Notes under the pieces: generated by a model
The model's database searches: none
The model's input: the letters and a program-made list of their open reading frames with translations, nothing else
What the model was told of the DNA's origin: nothing
Program-made: the position numbers and the translations under genes
NCBI GenBank assembly: GCA_965287045.1
Contig: OZ336879.1
Coordinates: forward strand, 46,190,001 to 46,254,000
Length of the DNA stretch: 64,000 nt
Reading direction: 5' to 3'
From: Carcharhinus amblyrhynchos
Lineage: Eukaryota
Part shown: one piece after another, positions 38,901 through 52,201 of the stretch
Position numbering within the stretch: the stretch's first letter is position 1
Layout of the letters: every line of letters starts with the position of its first letter

Positions 38901-39724
38901 AGAAATCACTGGTGAGTTATTAATTTGTTGGGAATTAATGCAGTGGCTGTTAAAGCCAGCATTACGGGTTAAAACAGTACTATTTAAATGCCTCATCCAA
39001 CAGCTGCTTCGGGGTTCCCCAATCACCTTCATGAAATCCGAAAGAGGGTGGGTGGAATGATGCTGGGAACTGGACCCAATGTCCTTTTTTGAGGATTTAA
39101 TCACACCCAAACCTGCCTGTCTTTGCCTGGGAAAGTTCTCTGCTTAGACTGGTGAAAGATAAAAAAGCATGGAAAACACCCACACATGATGCACTTTGGG
39201 ACTAATCATGCTTTTCAAAAACCATACTTTGTGTTGTCAAATTGTAATTTCAAAAGTGTATTTTGAATAAGTTTTAGGATTTGGTATGGATGATATATAC
39301 CATACTTCTTATTTGTAAATTAAGAATGTATTCATTTCTCCATGAGCTTTTGTTATTTTACGGCATTCCTTTAATGGATTTGCTGCTGTTGGCAGACATA
39401 AGCATACCCCTGAGAATTTCTTTTATGGGTTGGCTCCATTGATTTGGCCCTGACTGTGGTATACTTGTGGTACTGAAGTGAAGCGTAAAAAATTAGCTCT
39501 GTCCTACACAGATGGTTTTCATTAGTTTGGCCAGGTTTGTGACAGAGAGCCAGGTTGGAGCTCAAATAAACAGAGGCTGACCTGTGAAAGTATTATTTTA
39601 TATACAGTCCTTAAAACAAAAATTCAACTTTCAGCACACTCTGTTTCTCATGAATATTCACTTATGGCTTAAATCAGAAGATCATGAGAAACTTAATGAT
39701 CAGCAAGCGTAGTGACATTTATAA

Positions 39725-40105
39725 AGATAAAAACAAATGCAGATGGTGGTCTGAAGCAAAAGCAAAAAATGCTGAAAAATCTCAGCAGGTCTGACAGCAC
39801 TTGTGGGAGAGAGAATAGAGCCAATGTTTCTTCATCAGAGCTGAAGAAAACAGAAATAAGGATGAGATTTATACTGTTTTGGCGGGGTGTGGGAGGAATA
39901 TAGTTTCTTAATGTGCAGCTATTGGCACCCTTGTTAGCCATGATTTACATTCCTTTGTCTTCTCATCCATGACATCTTTGTCAATATCTCCCTAGCTTCC
40001 ACCTATCACTGGCCCTCTATCCAGTCTCTAATACTCTCCTACTTCCTTCCCACTTTAGGATAAATACAAATCTCATCCTAATTCCAATTTTCTTCAGCTC
40101 CATCA
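39725..40105. mobile_element. Penelope-like terminal-repeat remnant (partly inverted)
   Basis: 39730-39850 is the reverse complement of the motif at 42190-42310 and 56525-56657; TTCATCAG reads CTGATGAA on the minus strand. Confidence 0.6.
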
Positions 40106-40799
40106 AAGCGATCTATAAGGAAGCTGGCTGGGAGAGAAACAGTGAGGCCGAAGAGAGATGAGATGTAATGGAACGGGATAGGTGAGAGCAGAGTCAGCAA
40201 GCCCAACTAACTGACCATGTTCTAAAGAAAATCATAGTGTGATATCACAGGGAAGAAGGCAAATGATACTTTTTTTTTCTTTTTCTCTCTCTAGGGTATT
40301 CGTTTTAAGTTAGGTGTTGGATGAACAGCTCGTTTGAAAGTAATCTCCTTGGCCAACTCTCCTGCCGTTTTGAATGCTGAAAAAAAAGGTGAGATTTAGC
40401 TGCAGCAAGCTAGGGAGCAATACAAACTAACAGAATATAACTTGTGGGATTTTACAGTCAGTTTTAGTTAGTGTGTAATTATATGACTACTAGACCAGCC
40501 AGGTGTGCCATCTCCCTTTTTGTAGTTGTTTACCCTCTAATTTGTCTCCTCTGATCTCATTGTATCGTGCTATTTGGAACTGGCATGGGTGAGGGGAGGG
40601 GGGGGTGTGGTTATTGCTGCTGTGCATCAACAGCTAGGGATTTCATGAAATGCTTGAAAACAATCGTCTATTACTTTAGTTCTCCTCCCCTTGTTGCAAA
40701 AAAAAATGCTTGGTCTTCAGTTACTGCCTCTTAAAATGAAAAGGTAAAACATGGCAGTTAACAATATAGAATAATGAGCCCCAACTCCACTGCTGTAAT

Positions 40800-41425
40800 G
40801 GTACAGGTTGTCAAAATTTCATCATGTCGCACATTCCCTGTTGCTTTCCTCAACAGTGTCTGTCAGTGTCAGGGTTGAAGGAAGGTTCAGGTCAGGACTT
40901 TGTACGGTCGACCCAGATTTTCAGCAGGTTCCATTTCCAGTGGATTGGTTCTTCTTGCCAACAGCTAGTCCACATGTTTCCTCCAAACAACATCATCTCT
41001 GGTTTGGACAGTATACGAGACAGGTCCAGTCTATGCAAGGATTGGGGCAGGAACCCGTTTCTGTTCTGTGGAGTGATTCCTAACCAAAGCCCCTTGTCCT
41101 TGGTGAAAGACTTGATTTTTCTTCGATTTCCTAGTGTTCCATCTGTCCTTGATGTTGCACGATTTCTTACATTTTGGGAGTTTTCAACAAGTCCAATGCC
41201 AAATGTAGTAGGTTTTGGTTGAATGAGCAGCAATCCTATACATTAGTAGAATTGGTTAAGACAATTGATCAGTGAACCTTGTTCCCTGGTTGCTCTCAAA
41301 GTATGTTTCATGATTTGGTCAAAATTTTCTGCTTGTCTGTTGGTACAGTGAAGACCTAATATATTGAATACCGCTCTCTTTCAAGAAATTTTCAAATTAT
41401 TGGGAGACAAATTGAGGTCTTTGGA
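40800..41425 (-). mobile_element. Gypsy LTR-retrotransposon integrase relic
   Basis: Frame-shifted minus translation gives PQFVSQ*FENFLKESGIQYIRSSLY, then ENFDQIMKHTLRA..LNQF/LLMYRIAAHST, matching the rve core and the YRxTPHSTT motif. Confidence 0.75.
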
Positions 41426-42189
41426 CTCCCCACCTCCAATGTCTGGAACGGAGGTGGTCTGGGCGAGGGAGAAGTTGCAGGAGGGCCCTGAAAGTACTGG
41501 AGATGGACAATATGTCAATTTCAAGGTACCTTTCCAAATGTAAGTAATAATCACAGAACATGGAATCCCACAGTCTTCCTGATTTGAGGCTTACTAAAAC
41601 TGTTAAAGAGCTTGTTTAAGTTTGAACTTTATTGAAAGGGGCATGTGGGTTGCCCACACTTCAGAAAAAGACCAGCTAAAGGGAGGCAGGCCCAGAGCAG
41701 GGAGCCAGTTATGGCTTCCCCAGGTCGATCAGAGAATCAGCAAGGAAAAAGGGGATTTGGCACTTGGTGAGAGGGTCCTTGGCAATGCATGTGGCAGGGA
41801 AAGTGGGCACCTAGTACTTGGGTATTGAACAATGTCAGCACCTACCTTTGGCATCATAGGGGCAGAAGGGTAATGGACAATGCTGCCAAGGACAGTTGGG
41901 CTGCTGCCTGACCAGGAGATACACTCCAGCTAACAATGGGGACACAATTGTCAAACTTTGTGCCCTGTGACAATGAGGGGCAACCCCTTAGCAAGAAAGG
42001 CAGAACCTCAAGCATTGGGAGGGCATGGGAGAGAAAAAAAGGCGGCAACAAGTTGTCACCCTACTATTTAAGAAGAAAGGAAGAGCAAAAACAGAACTAC
42101 AGACCTGTTAGCCTTCCATCAGTAACTGGGAAAATGCTGGAATCTATTATAAAGGGTGTGATAAATAGACACTTTGACAATCATCCAAG

Positions 42190-42312
42190 TAGCTCTGATG
42201 AACGGTCATCTAGACTTGAAACTTGGGTCTGTTTTCTCCCCCAGATGTTATCAGACCTGCTGTAATTTTCTGTTTTTGTTTCAGATTCCAGCATCTGCAG
42301 TATTTTGCTTTC
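42190..42312 (+). mobile_element. Penelope-like terminal-repeat remnant
   Basis: CTGATGAACGGTCATCTAGACTTGAAAC followed by CAGATG..CAGACCTGCTG..TTCAGATTCCAGCATCTGCAG. Confidence 0.65.
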
Positions 42313-44545
42313 TCTTAAATCTAAACTGATTTCATTTTCTCAAAGTAAGTTCTGATCAGTCTCCCATTTACAGAATTTGTGGTTCTATCAAACAATTTTA
42401 TTGAGTTTGTTTTGTTGTGCTTGAAACTTTTTTTTAACCACATGTTCAACAACTTAATACATCTGAGGCACCTTGATGATTTTCGAAAATGCTTAGTTTC
42501 ATTTGAATTGTGTTTGAGGCACATCAGCAACATTGAAAATGGAAATAGTATCATAGAATGGCCTGTGGAAAGTAGCAGAAAGCAGGAAGTATATTTTAGT
42601 ACTCATTTTGATTAGAATGACCTACTTAAGTATATTTAATGAATTAATTCTAAGACTGAATCATAATTTAAAAATAAGCTGCATAAAAACATATTCATCT
42701 ATTTCAAGTGGTTCAATTGCAAAAACATTTTATTATCAGGCTTCCTAACCCTGAGTAACATTAACACAGAAATGCCACAGACTCCATCCATCTGATACTA
42801 ACCACTGGGCAGCGTTATCAGCTGAAGAAATACAGCCTGTTAATCACATACACATTTCTTTGAAAGGAGCCATTGTGTCTAATGTGGTTTTTAGCCAAGA
42901 ATTAGGGTTCTTTAATTAGTGAATGATTTTTGATCTTTTTGGCAATTTTATAACTATTCTAAAAAGAGTACTCTATATATAAAGATAGAAAGAGAAGAAA
43001 TACTTGCATTTATATAGCATCTTTCACAACCTTAGCATGTCCCAAAAGCACTCTACAGCCAATGAAGTGGTTTTGAAGTAACGTCACTGTTGCAATGTAA
43101 GAAAGAGTAGCTGCTCATTGGCCAGTTATTATTTTACCATTATTACTTTTCTTGATTTTAGAAGTTTATCTTAAAACACAAAGTCACATGATGGCCCCTT
43201 GAATAGCAGCTGCATTTTGAATAATTTCACCATAATTCACAGCAGAGAGATGGAGAATTGGTAAGTCCGCTGCTGAATTAACTAAATCAATAGTGAATAA
43301 ATCTTAATGTTTTCAAGACTGATAAACACTAGCCATCCTATTTTAAGGGGTGGATATGAAGCTTGCATTCTGAAAGGCTCACATTTCAATGCTGTCTTAC
43401 CCAGCTGCAGCATATTTTGGAAAATATGAACAGTGATATTTTATTCATCTAATGTAAACTGACTGGTATGAAAAGAAAATGCCCGAGGGTCTTTTAGGTA
43501 TGGTGTCATCTGATTCCTGAGCCCTTTATAGCCGTGGAACGGTATGTAGTTCCTCAGGCTGCATGGCAGTGATTGCCACTGAGAACAGCAAATCCATGGT
43601 TTAATAAGAAACAGGATGGGTAATGCAGAGCAAACGAATAATACATTGATCTTCACAAGCGTATGGAATATGTTGCAAATACAAAGTGAAATGTAAAATC
43701 TTTTTTGCAAAGTGCTTGAATGTCCAAAACTGTATTCAGATTTCCTTTCCATAAAGGGAGAGAAAAGGAGGAAATGTGTAACGTTTTTAATTTATGAAAT
43801 ATATTTTTCATGTATGCTACAGTTTTTTGTTGTAAAGAATTTTGTTAAGTTTAATTTGTTGGGATCTCAGCATGTGTACGAGACTTGTGCAGACAGTTCA
43901 AAGGTTTTTAAAATGGGATTATACATTTGTTATGTGTCCTTTTTTAACCATTTCCTGTGAACAGCTAGAGGTAGCTGCATTGTTCAGGACATCACAGTGG
44001 AGAGCAGAAAATTACTTTGATCTTTCTGTATAATTCTCTAAACCTAAGCATTAAAGTCAAAACATAAACAAAAAATGTCTGAGATTGTAAGGCCTGTTGC
44101 ACCACTTCCCTGAGGCTAGGACATTTGTTCACTGTTAACATTACTGGCAATATTTTAGCACTGTGCTCCTTGAAAGGACTTAGAATTACTGTGTAATCCT
44201 ACGTATTTTTCCTCCTTGTGCTGTTGATAAATAATCTCCTCAATCAGCACATTAAATGGTCTGGCCTAAAAATTCCAACCAGGGTTGATCCAAAATTGGT
44301 CAACAGCAGGACTCGTTGTGGTGAGGTCAATTAATAGTCAATCATCCCATTTTGGTAAGTGCCATTCAGTAACATCATCTAATAATCCAAACCTACACTA
44401 CAAACTGGCAATACCAAGTAGGGTAACTGGCAGCCTATCTCATGAATACATTCCCATCTGGAGGGTATGCTTGCACACTACGATTTGTGCTACCATGTCA
44501 CTAATAAACTTTTCAGTGCTTATTTCAGGTTCTGAAATATATTTT

Positions 44546-44895
44546 CTCGCTTCTCGTTCCCTATTGGGTGAGCCTCCATTTGCCTAATGGGGAACCCCTG
44601 TTCAATGAGGCCCACAGGCAGATCGATTGATAATTAAAGGAGTCTTATTTACCATTCACTATCATTTACTATTGATTTAGTTAATTCAGCAGCTGACTTA
44701 CCAATTTCTCCACCTCTCTGCTGTGAATTATGGTGAAATTATTCAAAATGCAATTGCTATTCAAGGGGCCTGTATCGTATGACTTTGTGTTTTAAGATAA
44801 ACTTATAAAAATCAAGAAAAATAATAATGGTAAAATAATAACTGGCCAATGAGTGGTTGCTCTTTCTTACATTGCAACAGTGACGTTACTTCAAA
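44546..44895 (-). repeat. Composite inverted duplication of nearby sequence
   Basis: Reverse-complement matches to 45091-45176, 44954-44976 and 43072-43298. Confidence 0.9.
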
Positions 44896-45065
44896 TACGT
44901 AAATATTTGATCACAGCTCCATTCTTCCCATTTTTTATTTTGGCTTTAATAAGGGTAAATAAAAGACTCCTTTAATCGATGCAGAAATCAATTGGAAGAT
45001 TTCAGTACAAGTGGTTGACACTCCAGTCTCCACACAAGTACAAGAGATTTTACCTTATATTGAAT

Positions 45066-47530
45066 TGTTACAATGGCCATGGAGGGGATCATCAATCGAT
45101 CTGCCCGTGGGCCTCATTGAATAGGGGCTCCCCCTTGGGCAAATGGAGGCTCATCCAATAGGGAACAAGCAGCAAGTAGTGGTGGGTGTGGGTTAAAGCC
45201 AACTGGCCCCACTCAGGCTGGCAGTCGATTAGATTCAGGGCCAGTCTGCACTCTGTAGCCTTTGAAAGGTGTTCAGATATCACTGTAAACAAAAAGATGA
45301 TTGATGATGGACAGCTGGCCTCAGTAAGATTATTACATTGGTGACGAGGCTGGAATAGAGAAGTCTATTGCACATCTAGGACACTGAGTGGAGGTATTCC
45401 CAGATTGAAAAAGAGAGGTTGGAGGTTATCTTCGGTGTTAAAAATTTCCATCAATATCTCTACAGTGGACACTTTTTCATAGTGACTGATCATAAACCAC
45501 TGCTCGGACTTTTTAAAGAATACAAGGCAATACTCCCCATTGCCTCCACCCAAATATAGCATTGTGCCTTGTTACAGGCAGCTTATGAATATCTCCTAGA
45601 GTAATACCCCAGGCATCAGGATAGCTAATGCCAATGCACTGAGCCATCTGCCATTGCCCCAAAGTCTTGCTTCAACACCAGCTGTGGAAGAGGTCGTGAT
45701 GACCCTCAAAGTTTTGGACACCTTGTCAGTATTTGCAAGTTAAATCAGGCCTGGACATAAAAGGAGCCAGTCCTGTCTAAATGGGGGATTCAGAGGACAA
45801 CCCTCAACTGAAATGAAACATTATTGGATAAAGAAAGATGTGTTCAGTGTCGAGGAAGGCATCATCCACTGGGGTTCCCATGTAGTTATCCCTGACCCAG
45901 GGTGATGTCCATATGGAATTACACCATAGCCCCCTGGGATTTCAAAGATGAAAATGCTAGCCAGGAGCCACCTGTGGTGGTCCGGTCTTGATGCAAACGT
46001 TACCAATTTAGTCAGACAGTGTGAGTCATGCCAAGAGAATCAAAAACTTCCTGCCTTCAGCTTCTTCTCATTCATGGGAGTGGCCTGGTAGGCCTTGGGT
46101 GTGAATACATGTAGACTTTGTTGGGCCTTTTTTGGGCTCCACATTCCTCATGGTCAGGTGCATCTCCCGCCATTCAGAATGTGCATCGGATGAATTCCAG
46201 CACTTCCCATGCTACCATTGAGAAACTATGACAAAGATTCTGCACGCACAAGATACCTGAAGTTCTGGTCTCTGACAATGGCACAGTTTTTACAATCATT
46301 GAGTTTCAGAACTTAGTGCTTTTCAATGGACTCAGACATATTAAGATAGCAACCTACCACCCATCAGTGAATGGGTTGGCTCTATGTGAGGTGCAGACTT
46401 TTAAACTCAGCATGAGGAAGCAACCTGCAGCATCCATCAAGACCAAATAGGTGCAATTATTATTTGACCACAGAACAATTCCTCACACAATGACAGGAAT
46501 GGCCCCAGTAGAATAATTAATGGGACTTAGGCTTCAGACAAGATTAAGCTTATTTTTTCCAAATCTGGCAGAGAGGATAGAGTCCCAACAAGAGACAGAA
46601 GAAGAACCATGATTCGGTAAGGACAGATGGATCATTCAAAACCAGCGACCCAGTTTATGTGAGGAACATTGGGGCGGGTGTCAGCTGGGCCCCTGGAATC
46701 TTAACAGAGAAAACAGGGCCCATGTCGTACAAACACCTGGATCATCTCAGGAGTATGAAGCCTGTGCTAGTACAGGCCTCATTACCAGCCATGGACATGG
46801 CTACTGCCAGCATTGAGCCACAAATGGAGGTCAACCCCAAGCCATCCCCTGCAGGTGAAGAAGATACGGACTTGACAAGGAAAGGGGAGAGACCTGTGCC
46901 CTTATGGAAGAGAGACCCTAAGAAGAGGAAGCTGGAAATGGCCCTTGTGGTTAAAGGGATCAAGGGGTATGAAAAGAAAGCAGGAGTGGGATACTGAATG
47001 CATGATCAGCCATGATCATACTGAATGGTGATGCAGGCTCGAAGGACCAAAGGGCCTGCTCCATTATCTATTTTCTATATTTCTATGTTTCTAAGAGACA
47101 GAGTCAGTGGCTTTGCAGTGCTATCCTTGGAAGCGAAGGTCTCCAATCTTCTTCACACACCCAATCCATGTCCTGCTTCCAAATGACCCAGGCTGATTGC
47201 TAAATGATGGAGAAGACACCAACCTGTGGCGGGGTTGCAGAGGGAAAAATGGATTTGAGAGGGCCGGGATGTTATGATGGACATGGAGGAATCATCAATC
47301 AATCTCCCTCTCGATCTTCTTGCATATGAGCTCCCCAGTTAGGCGAGTGGAGGCTCACGCAATAGGGAGGAGTAGTGGTGGGGGGTTTAAAACCAGCAGT
47401 ATTCATTCAGGCCAGCAGTCGATAGACCCGGCACCAATCTGTACACTTTCGCCACTGAACGGCACTCAGATATCACTGTAAATAAAAGGATGATTGGTGA
47501 CAGAAGACTGGCCACGGTAAAATTATTACA
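45066..47530 (+). mobile_element. Internally deleted Gypsy LTR retrotransposon (LTRs 45066-45337 and 47270-47530)
   Basis: TG..CA LTR pair, TGAAT TSD, PBS TGGTGACGAGGCTGGAAT, purine-rich tract before the 3' LTR, decayed RNase H (TDHKPL) and integrase (KMKMLARSHLWW..CESC, VSDNG, YHPSVNG). Confidence 0.92.
46935..47093 (+). mobile_element. Short CR1 3' end nested in the Gypsy element
   Basis: KGIKGYEKKAG C-terminus, GATCAGCCATGATCATACTGAATGG and TTTCTATGTTTCTA tail. Confidence 0.8.
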
Positions 47531-48434
47531 TGAATAAAACTTCATCCAGGAAAATAGCTAGAATAAATTTCAACCTTTCTCCATGGCAAATTGGCAGCTC
47601 ATAGAGCAACCCGGGTTTGCTGTTTCACCTGCCTCACCTTGAGGCTGAAGGTCCCTATTGACTCCTGATATTATGAAAGAATTAAAGAACTGAGGGTGAT
47701 GCAACAAACTGTACCTCAATCTTTATGATTTCCTTGTTGTTGAACAAGAACTCTCTAAAGAATTGATTATTGATTTATATTGGCATCTGGTAGCTGCCAA
47801 CTTCAGTCTGACAATCCCATAGGACAGCACTGAGAAGGAGCAAAGGGTAATGCAGTTCTCAATTACTGTCAAGTCCTAAAGGACTTAAACAAGTAATCCA
47901 AACAGTTCTCCACAATGATTGAGTTTGTAAGACTGCATTGATAATACTTTCTCTGGGCCATGTGCAAGATCCAGGGCCACGCTATGAGTTGAATTGATGG
48001 CACTAAAGGGAAATTATTGGAGATTGTAGACAATGGCAATGATTTACTGATCACCTCCAATAAGAGGGAATCTACCCATCTCCCTTTGACATACAATGAC
48101 ATTATGATCACTGAATCCCTCCACTATCAACTTCCTGGGTCTGTCATTGACAAGAAACTGAACTGCTTCATACTGTGTTCATTCAGTTCATACTGTGGCT
48201 ATAAGACCAAATCAGAGGTTAGGGATCCTAATTCCCCAAAGCCCATCCACCATCTGCAAGGCAGAAGTTGGGAGTGTGATGGATGGAATACTCTCCACTG
48301 GACTGGATGAGGGCAACTCCAACAACACTCAAAGTTCACTATCATCCAAGACAAATGAGTCTGCTTAATCAGAACCCCAACCATCTTAAACATTCACTCC
48401 CTCTATAACTGATGAACAATGCTCTGACATCCAT

Positions 48435-49670
48435 CATTATGAAGTGCTTCAAAAAGTTAGTCATGGCACAAATCAATTCCCAGATTGCCTGGATCCACTA
48501 CAGTTTGCCTCTCACTGCAACAAATCCACAGCAGATGCCATCTCCCTGGCCCTACACTCAACCCTGAAACACCTAGCTAACAATGACGCCTATGTCAGAC
48601 GCCTATTTATTGACTACATCTCAGCCTTCAACACCATTATTGCTATTAAACTCATCTCCAAACTCCATGGCCTGGGGCTTGACTCCTTCCTCTAACTGGA
48701 TCCTAGACTTCCTAACCCACTGACTGCAATCAGTAAGGATAGGTAACAAAACTTCCTCCACGATCATCCTTAACACCGATGCCTCAGCCCCTTACTATAC
48801 TCCTTACACATCTATGCTGCGTGGCCAAATTCCCCTCCAATTCGATTTTCAAGTTTGCTGATGCCACCACCGTAATGGGTCGGATCTCAAACAATGACTA
48901 GACAGAGTACAGGAATGAGAGAATCTGGTGAACTGGTGCAGCAACAATAATCTCTCCCTCAATGTCAGCAAAACGAAGGAGGTAGTCATCGACATCAGGA
49001 AGCATAGTGGTGGACATACCCCTGTCTCCATCAATGGGACGAAGTGTAGATGGTTTCTATGTGTCCAGATCATCAACCTGTCCTGGTCCCTCCATGCTGA
49101 CGCTACAGTTAGGAAAGCCCACCAATGCCTTTACTTTCTCAGGAGGCTAAGGAAATTTGGCATGTTAACTACAACTCTTGCCAACTTTTATAGATGCACC
49201 ATAGAAAGCATTTTTTCTGGTTGTATCATGGCTTGGCGTGTCTCCTGCTCTGCCCAAGACCACAAGAAGTTACAAAGGGTCCTGAATGAAGCCTAGGTCA
49301 TTACTCAAACCAGCCTCCCATCCATTGACTCTCTCTACACTTCCTGTTGTCTTGGAAAAGCAGCCAGCATAATCAAGGACCCCACACACCCAGATGTTCT
49401 CTCTTCCACCTTCTTTCATCAGGGAAAAAGATACCAAAGTCTGAGGGCATGTACCAACTGAGTTGAGAACAGTTTTTTTTTCCTGCTGCCATCAGATTTT
49501 TGAATAGATCTACCTCATATTAAGTTGATCTTTCTCTACACCGTAGCTATAACTGTCACACTACATTCTGCACACCTTTCTTTCTCTATGTACAGTATGC
49601 TTTGTCTCTATAACACACAAGAAACAACACTGTATACTAACACGTGACAATAATAAATCAGATCAAATCA
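48435..49670 (+). mobile_element. Rex1/Babar-clade LINE, 5'-truncated and degenerate
   Basis: LDPLQFA..STADAISLALH..VRRLFIDYISAFNTI, LNVSKTKEVVID and LYFLRRLRKF..FYRCTIESI; ends in AATAAATCAGATCAAATCAAA. Confidence 0.9.
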
Positions 49671-50618
49671 AAAGAAGTAGGAGCAGCTATTTCTCCCAGA
49701 CCTCTTCTCCATAGGAGAGAGGGAATGAGCAGGAATACAGCTCATAAGCAACATAGGGTTTACAAACTGAAATTAATTTTCTCCAACAGGTTGGAACATC
49801 AGTGTCTCAGGAGATATGGCATCTTGTAGACATTCACAGTCTATAGGAGGAACAAGACTACTGGTTACGTTTTACCAACGGCTGTCATGTCATCACCAGC
49901 CTCAATGTCTTTGCCTCTGGCTCCTTCCAGAGCTCTACTGGAGATATTTGCAAGACTTCACAGTTGGCAGTCCACAAATGTGTAAGACAGGTGCCTGATG
50001 GTTTATTTGCTAGGGCAGGCACTCCTGCCAACCTTGCACCAATGATGCCAGAGTGAGTGGGGGTTTGGGTTTACAGCTTCAGCTGGCATCATTGATCTCA
50101 TGAATGTGATAATTAAGGCACACCGGATCTCCCAGGATTATTCATCAGCTGGTCTACATTGACAAAAACATCTTTATGTTGGTGTGTACAAGGTTGCAAG
50201 GCAGCTTCAGTTGTTCCTTCCCCCTGCAGCAGTCCAGCCTCCCTGACCTGTTCACATCTCTGCACTTACTGACTGGCTGCTTGGAAATCAGAGATAGTCA
50301 CTCAAAATGTGACTGATGCCACCCATGAGCAACTCAAATATTGAGGCCCAGGAACAAAACATGGGATGCTTTTTGACTACAAGACATATTGAACATGAAG
50401 AGTTGATTCAGGTGCCTGAATAGGTCTCAAAGCCCCTTTCAGTATGCAGCAACCAAGGTCTCCAGAATGGTGGCTGAGTGCTGCACAACACTGCACAGTA
50501 GCAAGTCTTGGAGCTGCAGATACACAAGGCGTAGACACAGACCATTATAGATGATTCTGAGGAAGAGAAATGTGTTGCAGCCACATTGCTGCCAGGAATG
50601 CTGTTATTATTGTGAGGT

Positions 50619-52201
50619 TCGACAGACTGGAGGGACTGATTGTGGACAAGTCCCCAGGACCGGATGGAATGCATCCAAGGGTCTGAAAGAAATGGCGGAG
50701 GTGATAGTGGATGCCTTGGTGGTTATTTTCCAAACGTCGCTGGATTCCGGGAAAGTGCCGGAAGATTGGAAAACGGCTAATGTTACGCCGTTGTTTAAGA
50801 AGGGTGCCAGGCAAAAGGCAGGGAATTATAGGCCGGTTAGTTTAACATCTGTTGTAGGTAAAATGTTAGAATCCGTCATCAAGGAGGAAATAGCGAGGCA
50901 TCTTGAGGGGAATTGCTTGATAGAGCAGACGCAGCACAGTTTCGTTAAGGGGAAGTCGTGTCTGACAAATTTATTGGAGTTCTATGAGGATGTGTCGAGG
51001 GCAGTGGATAGAGGAGAGCCGGTGGATGTGGTCTTTCTTGATTTTCAGAAGGCGTTTGACAAGGTACCTCACAAGAGGTTATTGCAGAAGGTAAGGGTGC
51101 AAAGAGTTGGGGGTAGGGTGTTAGCATGGATGGAGAGAGTGGGGGTTAATGGGTGCTGTTCGGATTGGCGGTTGGTGACTAGTGGAGTGCCCCAGGGGTC
51201 GGTGCTGGGGCCTCAGCTATTTACCATTTATATAGATGATCTGGAGGAGGGAACCAAGTGTATGGTGTCGAAATTTGCTGATGACACCAAGATTGGTGGA
51301 ACGGCAAATTGCGCGGAGGGTGTGGAGAGTCTGCAGAAGGATCTAGATAGGCTGGGTGAATGGGCCAGGAACTGGCAAATGGAATTTAATGTTGGCAAGT
51401 GTGAGGTGGTCCACTTTGGTAGGAATAATGGTAGGAAGGACTATTACTTACGCGGCGAAAAACTGCAGCAGGCGACGGTGCAGAGGGACCTCGGGGTCCT
51501 TGTGCATGAGTCGCAAAAACCCAGCCTGCAGGTGCAGCAGGTGGTCAGGAAGGCGAATGGGATGCTGGCCTTCATAGCGAGGGGGATTGAATATAAAAGT
51601 AGGGAGGTCTTGCTGCGGCTGTATAGGGCATTGGTGAGGCCGCAGCTGGAGTACTGTGTGCAGTTTTGGTCGCTGCACTTACGCAAGGATATTTTGGCCT
51701 TGGAGGGAGTGCAGAGGAGGTTTACTAGGCTGATACCGGAGTTGAGGGGGTTGAGCTATGAGGAGAGGCTGAATAAACTAGGCTTGTACTCGTTAGAGTT
51801 TAGAAGAATGAGGGGAGATCTCATTGAGACATATAAGATGATGAATGGGATGGATAGGATAGAGGTGGAGAGACTCTTCCCGCTCAGAAAGGACAGTAGG
51901 ACTAGGGGACACAGCCTCAAGATAAAGAGGGGGCGGTTTAGAACGGAGTTGAGGAGGAACTTCTTCACTCAAAGGGTGGTGAATCTCTGGAATTCTCTGC
52001 CCGTTGAGGTGGTGGAGGCTGCCTTGCTAAATATTTTTAAGATGCGGGTTGATGGGTTTTTGGTAAGCGAGAGGATTAAGGGTTATGGGAAGAGGGCGGG
52101 AATGTGGAACTGAGCCACGACAGATCAGCCATGATCTTATTGAATGGCGGGGCAGGCTCGAAGGGCTAGATGGCCTACTTCAGCTCCTATTTCTTATGTT
52201 C
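50619..52201 (+). mobile_element. Young CR1 LINE, 5'-truncated
   Basis: 520-aa ORF 50551-52113; in-frame 24-nt deletion near 51133 relative to sister copies; full 3' UTR. Confidence 0.97.

Noticed and set aside
40808-41233. Overlapping 91-132 aa ORFs as a neighbouring host gene
   Set aside because: The region reads as a frameshifted Gypsy integrase relic on the minus strand.
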